Source: Catajapyx aquilonaris (Eukaryota). From it: DNA of 46,726 nt. The position numbers were made by a program, and so were the translations under genes. Shown piece by piece: positions 36,401 to 46,726 of the stretch. Numbering within the stretch: position 1 is the first letter of the stretch; each line of letters opens with the position of its first letter. Where the stretch lies: positions 1 through 46,726 of the forward strand of contig JYFJ02003096.1 of assembly GCA_000934665.2 (NCBI GenBank). Reading direction: 5' to 3'. The notes below the pieces were generated by a model that saw only the letters and a program-made list of their open reading frames with translations, searched no databases and was not told the origin of the DNA.

Positions 36401-39400
36401 GCTGAAGATGTCGCTCATTTCCAAAACCAATGTACGGTTTAATGGAAGCAATAATTTTAACTCCTCCAAGCACCCATCGCAGTGCTAACAAGTCTCAGGG
36501 CCATTTCTGGAGCAAAATATGATAGGTCCATGTTGGGTATGCACGTGCCCCTTTTTAGATGCTCTCCATTGATCACATCGTGAATCGTGATTTCCTCCAG
36601 CCAACACACATCCTTGACTAACACTTAATTTATTCATTGCAACCGATAGTACCGTAAGCTGCTCCATTATTCGTCATACTATATGAAATCTGTGCACTGA
36701 TGACATCTCAATACAGCTGCCCATCCCTGTAGACACGACACAATGCATATTGTGCCCTATAGCTCTATTTATCCAGCGCTTATCTAGGGGTCCTTTCTCT
36801 TGGCTTAATGAGCCCGGATGATAATCGTCCGGATCATAAATTCCTACATTTTCGGACCGGAGAGAAATAAGGCTGAGAGTCCAAAGGCTCCCCAGCAAAT
36901 AATTAAGAGGATGAATAATGCAGCTAGGAGGGAAAAAAAAGGCCTTCTCTCATCTCGCGACTTTTCCTGGAGCTATACCATTATCAAAAGACTCCGGGTT
37001 AACTATATACTGTATAAAAGGGAGAACCCTGGAGCATCTGCCGGAATGAAAAGCAACTCTCTCATCTGTGTGGTGGCCATTCCGCCAGATTCAATTGCTA
37101 TTCCGTAGATTCTGTTTTTCAGAGAGAGGCATGGGACCAGAATTATACTGCAGGAAGAGGGGAACATGTTGAAAAAAAAAATTTGCGGAGAGGAAATTGT
37201 GCTAAAGCGGGAAGCTAACCCATGTCCGGTCGTGGAAGAGAAAAAAAGTGCAAAAATCAGGCGGACAGCAGACCACCGCAATTCGTGATTATGTAGAGCA
37301 GGTTTATAAATGGTACGTGAATTCCATGCAGCTGGTAGAGGGAGTTGACGGTTTGTTTGCCCCAGCAACCAGTTAGAGAAACAACAATCAGAGGACGACA
37401 ACAAAAAAATCTATATTGAACTGCTGTGGACATGAGAAGTGCTGCACGATCCTGACAAAAACGTGCCCAGCTTCACATTATTTCGATGCTGCAAAATCGC
37501 AAGCTGAGTTCAAAGATGTTGGATAATCGAGGAATTGACATGATCTAGTGCTATAAATTACGAACAAAAAAATAAGAGGATGATAGCCTTTGTGAAGGAC
37601 GTGGCATGGTTCGGTACATTTTGTTTATACGAGGTCAACGCTGGGAAGTGATTGCAACAGAAACAGATGGTGCCAATCTGAGTGCTCAACAGGCTTTAAA
37701 GCTTCAATTTTCATTTAAAAAATAAATACAGTTATACACTTCATATTTCATTTACAGACAGAACTGTCTCATACCAATCATCTTGAAATTATTTTATAGT
37801 ACGAATGCACAGCACATTCCGACACATTATTACGCACTGCACGTACAGTACAATATAATTCTTCCACTGCATAATTGCCAATTGTATTTAACCACGTGTG
37901 AGGTGTACGTGGCGTAATTATAATTGTGAATAAAACTGCTGTTGTTAGTTAGTTTAATTATAATTTGTACACGCTTAACTGTTGCTGATCAGTGATCACT
38001 AATTGTCTCTTTACAGGGAAATGTGATGCTTCTAAGTTAAAACGCTGAAGTCAATTTGCCCAGATCCCCCCTTTTAAAAAATGAATTATTTCCAATCACT
38101 CTGATTGAATCCAGCCACCGCTGCTGCTTTTTGCAGAGTACTTTCTGGCGTGAATAATGGCTTCAAGGAACGGTTGAGGTAATTTCCTCCGCATAACCAG
38201 AGGAGAGAGAGAGAAAAAATATATATCCTTCTACGGGATTTATTGGGTGGCCAAATGTTTAATTCAAAAGAAAATCTCTCCGCTCCGGTGTGCCTTATCA
38301 TTATTTCAAGGGCAATCACCCCCGACTCCGGGACCGCTAATTTCCGATCCAATTACTCACTAATATTCTGCCTGGCAACCGCATATGAAATATGGATAAC
38401 ACGCAGTGTTATTAAAACCCCGGAAGACTTCGTGATGTTAATACTGGATGGGTCCCCCACGGTACCTGAATATGCGACCTGTATATGAAGTAACAGTTGT
38501 GTAAAATATTCCATTAAATACATGAATAGTTCAACTCGCAATAATCAGTGTTCGCCGGGGTGCACACAGTTTTCCAATTAATTCTAGTTGTATATGAAAG
38601 CAAATCAGGGAATAACTCCAATTAATGTTTAAGTCGGTTCAAATTTTTGCACACAAAAAATGTAAAGATCTCATTCCACTAACAAGTGAAAGAAATTTGC
38701 TCAATTTTTCCTCACACTTACTTACTGAGAGTACTGCTAAAGAGCTGTGAACTTCAAGTAACACCGTTAAATTCGAAGCAATTTTCCGGGCGAGGACCCC
38801 TGCTGAACCCAATTTATCAAACTTGAATAGGAGGCCACATTATTTTTATATAAAAAAGAGAGGCTGCGTTTGTAAATCCAGCTTCCAATTTGCTTCCTTC
38901 CTTCACACTTTTGCTACTCGTTATCGTAACAAGAGTTTCTATGCTTCCCAAAAAAAAAAACCCTTTTGGACGATTATCGCTCCTTTTTCCCTTGACTAAT
39001 GAATATCTGTAATAAATAGTGGCGTCCGAAAAAGGGGAGGCTTCCAGCCGCGATAACAGCTCTGAAGAAATACTTCTTCCTTTTTTCGTCCTCTTTTTTT
39101 TCCTTTAGGTCCACAGCAGCTTCTGGATATAACTCTGGGGCTCCTGGATTTATTTGCCAGGACGTGTCCTGGTAGTTTAAAGCGCATCTTACCGGATCCG
39201 TTTTGCAGGGATAATTAATTCAGCAGCACATGTGAATGTTCACTTCCGTGGAAACCATGCCCTGTTTTTTTTATATATATAAGTCGGGCCATTTTTTTGG
39301 GGAGAGGTCCTTCCGTTTTGGCCCAAACGCAAAATCAATACACGTGTTGGAAGGAAGCCGTCTTATCAGTATGATACCCGCAATGTGACAGGACATGCCA

Positions 39401-42400
39401 GCAAATGTTTTTGTCCCCCAAAAAATTGCAGCATCAAAAAAATGTTGGGCGTATTTTTTTAAAAAAAAAGTTTAAAACTTTTTTGAAACCTCAGCAGTGT
39501 CTGTCAATTAGGCTTGCATTTTTGTTTCGGTCAGTTGTTCCCTTCCGAATCGCTCATTGTACAACTTTTAATTAGTTGACGTTTTAGCGAGTTGACATTA
39601 TTTTTCCCCGGGTCCTCTGGCCCCTGATTCGGCGCTGGGTTAATTGGCCAGCAAAGCATGTCATTGGTTTTACATTGCTCGCGTCATTGTTACCGTCCAC
39701 GCTATCGTTATATTGCGCTTTTTTTGTGATTAAAACTAGGAAAAAAGCGCCATGCAAACATGGTGCCCATAATATTTGTTTATTACACATCAGTCGGTTC
39801 CACAAAATCGTAACAGTCCAATTTTTTTATTGCGGACTAAGCAGTAAGAAAATTACTGCTTGACAGAAACACGCGACAAGTCACGGTCACGTTCGTCTGA
39901 TATTTGTAACGTCTCATTCTATACGACTGTACAGGTGCATAAAATTTTATTACACAATTTCTGACATGTTTTTCATGCCTTCCAGCACGTCTCTAAAACC
40001 TTGGTCATAATAACACAGGAAGCCAAAAAATTTGGCTTAAAATAATACTTATAGCTACAATATTGGACGGTGTTATGCAATAATGAGTCAACCTACATGA
40101 TAACAGTTTTGATTTAAAAGGGGGGCTTGGAAGGACACACCTGTGAAATTAATTCAGTGTCATTTTGGGTCATTTATGGCATAAGCATGCAGATTTCGCC
40201 AGCCTGATTTTAACTGAATGAAGTACTATCCTTTGGGTATGTTCCTTTTGACAATTTTTGTGAGTTGACACATTATTGCATAACACAGTCCAATTAGGCA
40301 TGTTAACATTATTTCAATTAAATTACACCAACTAAATTTTTGGACCATATCTGCCAAACTTCTGGAGTGGGCAAAATTATTGCACCGTCAATCCAGAAAT
40401 TTGGTCCCTTTAAAATAAAAACCTGGCAGAGATGCCCAGCCATTTAAATCCGTGCCATGACGGGACATTGACCCCCACTAAAATTCCTCATCCGCACCAG
40501 ACCTTCATATCAGCTTCACAAAACGGTCATGAACTAACCTCACCAAAATAATAAACCCCTTCTCTTCTCTTCATTTTTTTTTCATATGTTGGATCCTTAC
40601 TGGACGTAGTTATGTGCGGAATCATAAACAGAGCTGGCTCGGGCAATTAAGACGCAGTTAGTCACCGCTTGTGGGGGTCTAGCCAGGGCATAATTACGCA
40701 TGGGACTCGACATAACTCGTCCTCAAGCCCTACGATAAATTATATTCCGGGCAGCTTTTGGCCTCCCCCAAAAGGCACAGCAGAGTCAGCTTCCGGACAT
40801 GGTGGAAAGACACGCCCGGAATTTCAAAGGGGGGGGGCTTACCATCAAACGCTTCTGCCCAATAATTTCGATCAGACCATTCCATGGCTGCTGGTCTCCC
40901 ACAAAATTTTGGAGAGAGAGGGAGGGGGGGGGTATAGAGAGAGGAACACACATTTTATATGAAAAGGGGGAAATGTAACCGGAGGATTCATTCATGGGAA
41001 CGTGAAGCATGCCCGTAATCAATGGATATCAGGGTCAAATATTGACCGATGAATAAATGGGGCTGGATCTGTCAATATAAAAGCGATAAAAGGTCCCCCC
41101 TTCTATTCAGTGTGGTTCGCAATTTCAAAAAGGCGCATTTGAAAGTTGGCAACTGTAAAATTATCTCTAATAGTGGAATGTGACAATTCCAACTAATATC
41201 AGCAGCTAAATATAACTGTTCAAAAAAAGACATTTAAATAATTCCAGAGGCGATTTAACAATCAACTTTAAATTATGCGTCGTAAGGGCACTAAAGAGGA
41301 GCAAATAACTGCGCGACGCTGCCCTTCCAGACAACCGGGCTGTCAGAAGTGCTAACTTTATTAGCATCGTTTAATTGCGTGCAAACAGAACTTACGTAAC
41401 CCTCACTTACATCATCATGTCAAACATGGCGGTAACAATTATGATAATGCTGATTCATTAGCAACCAAATGACCTCTCTGGGTGTCTATGCGCTGCAATT
41501 AGCGCCAATTTGTATGGCAGCACACAGGATGTTCCTTTTTCACTTTCCGCGCATTAACTTCTGGTCCACCCTGTACTCACAGCCAGCAGACAGACCTTAA
41601 TGATGTCTGTATGAAACCGCCGCGATTTTTCTCATTTCCCCGCAAAATGTGCATGGCAATGACAGCATTTTTCAACCGCGAGGCTTCCCTTGAAAGGCGG
41701 TTTCTCCTCCACAACGAGAGCCCAGTTCAGCATATATGTGTATGTGTCTCTCTCCAAAAAAACCCCCTCCGAATATCCGCATGTGTATGGATTTATTCAG
41801 GTTGGCTTAACTATCAAAGAGATCTGGCCATTCCGGTGAAAAAGGCCGCTGGGCTTAAAAGTGGTGGTGGGGGATGAACATTATCGAATTACGGTCCTTG
41901 CAGAATTGCATACACTCGTCGCCTCAAAAGACAGTGGGTGTACTATGTGTGATGACTCACCCCGGACATTTCGCGCATGGTTCTGCGCAAGCCTAATGCG
42001 CGCGCAGCTCAGTGCGCTCTAACACCCACTGATTGGCCATTTCAGCGGGTGGGTTCAGACACAAAAATGTCGCCATTGGAATCTAATGACGCGAGGTTCC
42101 CGTGCATAATCACCCCCCACAGCACACGCCGCCGGGCTCTGAAAATAATGAGGGCTCTGGCACGCCCCATGAAGCGCCGATCTTCGCGCCAAAAGACGCA
42201 TGAATTAACACAAGTCAGCCTGTTTTTGGCACCCAAGCTCCCATGTCATCATGTGCTTCTCCGACTGAATAAGAACCGTCACTCCGCACTACGGACAACC
42301 TGACCTTTTCCCTATTCATAACTAATGGAACCCGCTGTTTATAAATACTGCTTGCATCGTCCATGGCCTAACAACAAAAAACTGGCAACCCTGTCAGCAC

Positions 42401-44966
42401 CTTACCATGAAAAAACAACAATGCTCTTTTTTTTTTGTTATCCCCGCTGTAATTTTACGAGGGTGGAGCAATGGCAGAGTCTGTGGGTCACGGCTGAGGG
42501 AGAAGCTCGTTTCGCCCATGACGACTGGCGGATTCCCTCCCGTAATATCTATTCCTCTAACCATAGTAAATCACTCCGGAGGACGCCTACACGACCAGTC
42601 CAAGCACCAGGACCAAGACACTTCCACTCCTTCCTGAAGAATTAATTTGAGCCAAAGGATCAATTTGTCCCCCCCCCCCCCCNCCCATTTTATTTTTAAC
42701 CACTGAATCATGCACAAGCTCGTGACTAAATCATCAGGAGTGGCCAAAAAGATGCTGCAAATCAAAAAATTACATGCAAATCTTATTGCCAATATGAATA
42801 TGTCAAAAGCCAGCTGAAATTGCCATAACAGGTTTTGTCAATCCATTACAAAAATTTTACAGCCATTTCCAAAAAATGCTTCAGCAGTCGCGTCTAAAAA
42901 GGCATAAAAGTCCGAGAACGTACATAAAACTCGAGAAGGCAACATAAGTAAACTCATAAGAAGGACCGTAAAGAAACCTAACGTGAAGGGCCAAAACCAA
43001 GGATCGTAAAATATTGGCAGGAAGGATAGGAAAAGATTCCCCAATTTAGTCTATGTCATCTGAACCTTAAAACACATTCTTATTTCGCTCGCTGAATCCC
43101 CAAGATGCTTTAATAACGGTCGAAAAATGTGTCACCTTACGAACGACATTGACAAAGTACTGGGACCAAGATTTGCTTCCAACATTACTCAATAACTTTC
43201 GTCTTTATTAAATTTAAAAAAATTCTGCCAAACCATCATCTGATGCCATTTCCTGCGTGCCAGAATATTTCGAAACATTTCCAAAAATTATTATTTTCCA
43301 AATTTCAGGATATCTGCAGAAAATGTGCGCAAATACGAGTAAATCACAATTAATTGTTCAGCAACCCATCAATATCTCCAATCCATTCCCCCAAAACGTT
43401 TGCAAAATTGATAATTATTTGCAAAGTTACTGCTCCTTTTACTGCCCCCTTTTTTGTCCGAATATTTCTGCCTGCGCTCCTCCTGATCGACCATATTTTA
43501 CTGGAACCCATCTCCCAGAAAATTCGAGGGACTCTCTCTGGAAATAAAATATATGGGCTGCAGCCTTTTCGTGATTGCAGCAAAAGAGGACTGTTCTTAG
43601 AATCGTCCCTTAGTTTTTTTTATTGGCTCCAACCACGGGACCAGTCAAGCATGCGGAAATATTCTTCAGGCTAAAAAAGTCCACCTCCACTCCCACCAAA
43701 AAGAATACAGAAGAGTCAGCATCAGCAGCCTTTCCCACCTCTCATAAGACAGATGACATTAGTCTTGATTCTGGGAACCCCCTGCCTGCAAAGACAGCCC
43801 CCGAGGGGAAGAGGACTGGGATTAACTAGTAACAGGTTTTCCTCAGATCAATATGATTCCTGCTGCACAATGTATCCAAATAAAGGTGATGCGAATAAAA
43901 TAGAAAAAAATGTAGTAGTTCCCAGCAGAGAAATCAGTTCCAATCTACACAGGACTTTCTAGTCGAAAGTGCAGCATCCCCCCCTCTTACATATCCGAGA
44001 AAAATATGTCCTTTCGTCTCGGTTGGCTTGATTCCACAGAAAACGGAAGAAGGGAGGGTGAGGAAAAAAAATATTCTTCGGGCACTATTTTGGCCCAGAT
44101 TTCCATCCATCCAGACATCGACTTTTTTTTAAAGCCATAAATTTATAGGAGATTTATCCCAGATTCTGCTTCGAGAATTCCTGATGACATCAGCTACCCA
44201 GAAGTATTTGCAGTGGTCCACACAAATTTTGTATGTGGAAAATTGCGTTGGCAACCCTGTGGTTTATGACGTATCTTTGGGAGCCTGTCGACTTTCCCCC
44301 AGCATTGTCAAGTGCAACATAAAAAAGAAAGTCATTCCCCCTAAGGGCTACCGTAATGTGTTTTATGCCTGCTCCAGTGAAAACATCAACTCTGCTCAAG
44401 CAAAATGTCCACATGGCCAATGTGTAATTTTCAAACACAATATTAAAATTTTCCTACTGTGCACACAGGAATATCCAATCTCTTTTATTTATTGGGAATG
44501 GTTGCAGAACCCCCAACGTGACATTAAACTCCGGTTTATCTTATCGAGCAATTGACTATAAATAACCTGTCGACCACAATCCGGGAAAAGGAGTGGAGCG
44601 ACTACACGACAGGGCGAGATAAATCCGGGGAATAAGCGTGGAATATTCGTTCTCCGGAGCCTAGTACTCAGCGTCTGTCCATCCGGCCTCCTTGGTTGAT
44701 CCCAATCCCCACCCTGCAAAGCCTTGCAGCAGGCGAAAAAACCTTTTTGTGGGCTGGGGAAGGATTTTTATCGCGGCACAGCCTTTTTGGGTTGGCAAGA
44801 CGGGGGCTGAGGGGGAGTCACAATGGGGCAGGGGGGGGTGTCTAGTGCAATAGGAAAGTGGGTGGTTGGTAGGGTCCCTACCCCTCCACACCCATCCAGC
44901 CTCTTTTCTCTTCTCTTTTGCTTCCAATCCCTCAAGGTTCCCAAAGGTGCCTTTCCGAGAGTTCCA

Positions 44967-46583
44967 TCAGGAGGAGTCCGAGCGAAGGTCGCTGGCCTCC
45001 ACTGCTTGCTGTCTGCACTCGGCCAACACCACCTCATATTCAGCTTGGGGGTCAGTTTTCCAACCGGTTGGCCATTTTAGGCCCTGAGATGTTTACCAGG
45101 AACGGCCCAGTCTCCAGACCGATCCAGAGTGGACAAACAGGATGCGCAATGATCAGTTGCGCATGTAAATATGCGCAGAACATGTGCGCATATGTACATG
45201 CGCAGATCGTATGCGCAGTAGCAATTTCCGTCATTTTTAATGCCACAACGCAGTGCACGGCTTCCACATCTCATGTTTTCTGTTTTCAACCATGTGAATT
45301 AATCATACGACAGTTGCACGTCCGGGATACCTAGCAACTGCCTACTTTAATTAAAATGTATAAGTTCTGCATGCAACCAGAGCGGACAGTACACCGGTTT
45401 CATCCCTCAAACAAACAGTAATTCAGGGTACGTGGAGGGAGGGGGGGGGGGGGGNGGTGTAAAACGAGCTAAACTTCCATGACAACAGCTTGAGTTGTTT
45501 GTCTCCTTCGCGCCGCAGCTGATCCGATAAAATGCGCCTTGTTTCTCTCCCCCCCTCGGTTTTCTTTCTTCTTCTCTCTCTATATACTTGTATATAGTCT
45601 GAAAAGCACAAGTGCGGCTAACGAGATCCGATTTTTTTCCCCCAACAAAAAAAAACGACCGAGTCAACAATTATTGCAAATGCCACATTAATCCAATATC
45701 TGCTCATCAGCCCGGACCGACAATCATTTGGGTCAATGGTGTTTGCTCTGGGCGGTCACCATTTTCCAGGGACTTGGGAGCTACAGCCAAAATACATTGT
45801 GTTTTTGCATATAACGTACGCTCGGTGCTGACCAAAAATATTATTGGATAATACCCATTAGGGTGGACGAGTCGAAGCCCCGGGAAAAGTTGGGACAGTG
45901 ACAATTTTTTTTGTGGAGCACATGATTTAATTTTATTAAACACTTGGGGCCGAATTCAGAGAGGTTGTTTAACGTAAACAGGCCCGATTAAATCCTTTAG
46001 TCATCCTCACTTAGCATATTTAACCAACCTGGTAATACAAAGACAGCGATTAACGCTAAACGCCCCCTAATTGCACTTGCTAGCACTTTTAAATTTGCTA
46101 ATCGAGGATGACTAAAGGATTTAATCGGGCGCGTTTACGTTAAGCAACCTCTCTGAATTCGGCCCTTGCAAATTCCTTATGCGCAATGTGCACTGCGCAG
46201 CCTAAAGAAGCTCCTGCGCATGCTCCGTCCAAAATCGAGTGTCCCCGGGCCTTTCAATTTTTATTTTTTTGGGGTCGATCTAGATTTCGCTAACGACCCA
46301 GGCCTCTTCCTCCAAAGTGATTACAGTTCAGTGTTCGTGCAGTGTCGGAACATGAGCGGAAATCATGGCACGGCGGGCATGAACAGTCTCCAAGGTTACA
46401 AGCCAAAGGAAGGATTTTCAAGTGGGAATTTGAGTGGGGCACGTGGGACGTTGTGGAAGGATGAAACGTGGGCCGGAAAAAATAAAATAAAGTAGAACCA
46501 GACCTTACCTTGCCGACCTCGTTCTCAATGATCTCAGGTGTAAAGTTCTCTATCCTGTCTCGTACAGACACCGACAATAATTC
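44967..46583 (-). CDS. Last two coding exons (46509-46583 and 44967-45083) of an unidentified gene entering from the right edge
   Basis: cttttag|GAA...AAG|gtaagg (75 nt, ELLSVSVRDRIENFTPEIIENEVGK) splices in phase 0 to tctcag|GGC...TGA (GLKWPTGWKTDPQAEYEVVLAECRQQAVEASDLRSDSS*). Confidence 0.55.
45143..45217. repeat. Array of six TGCGCA palindromic hexamers at 13-15 bp spacing
   Basis: TGCGCA starts at 45143, 45158, 45172, 45185, 45199, 45212. Confidence 0.85.
45947..46165. mobile_element. MITE, PIF/Harbinger (Tourist)-like, 219 bp
   Basis: 77-bp TIRs (45947-46023 / 46089-46165, 6 mismatches) with GGGCC...GGCCC termini, flanked by a TTG direct repeat on both sides. Confidence 0.85.
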
Positions 46584-46726
46584 CTAAAAGCCCAACGACA
46601 TCGGATCGATCCCTTTCCGCTTCCCCAACACAAATTCCTTCCTTCCTTTTGGCTCCTAAGCCACGGCTCTCTCTCATATTTCCATCCTGCTGGCAATATT
46701 CATCCTGAGACGCTTCTTTTTGGGGG

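Noticed and set aside
43670..43829. Plus-strand exon-like segment after ttcttcag (LKKSTSTPTKK...)
   Set aside because: No partner exons found and two frames are equally plausible.
44937..45050. Plus-strand exon-like segment (pyrimidine tract ... GG|gtcagt)
   Set aside because: Better explained as the antisense of the minus-strand terminal exon 44967-45083 and its purine-rich 3' UTR.
45143..45217. CRISPR-like reading of the spaced TGCGCA repeats
   Set aside because: Repeat is 6 bp with 7-9 bp spacers, in eukaryotic DNA with no cas genes.

Overview
Eukaryotic (invertebrate, probably arthropod-like) genomic DNA; no prokaryotic operons, rRNA/tRNA or CRISPR array. Positions 391-17404 on the minus strand hold a compact dystrophin gene (DMD/Dys orthologue). 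I traced 28 GT-AG exons by hand (8014 nt, about 2670 codons) that splice in frame and encode CH1-CH2, hinge 1 and spectrin repeats to about R17; the gene runs off the left edge. One exon (3058-4572) is a 505-codon, phase 0/0, low-complexity insert at the R13/R14 junction. Upstream, three separate phase-1 exons (18713-18731, 25079-25094, 26223-26378) can each splice onto the [10 protein letters not shown] exon, suggesting several full-length isoforms. A spliced plus-strand gene for a probable membrane protein (28307-29267, possibly with exons at 24306 and 25997) appears to be antisense and interleaved with this 5' region. Two terminal exons of an unidentified minus-strand gene lie at 44967-46583. 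Introns carry a ~215-bp near-perfect palindrome and several MITE-like inverted-repeat elements, including a Harbinger/Tourist-like one with a 3-bp TSD. Most short ORFs in the supplied track are noise or antisense shadows. Comparisons to human dystrophin are from memory, not from an alignment run.
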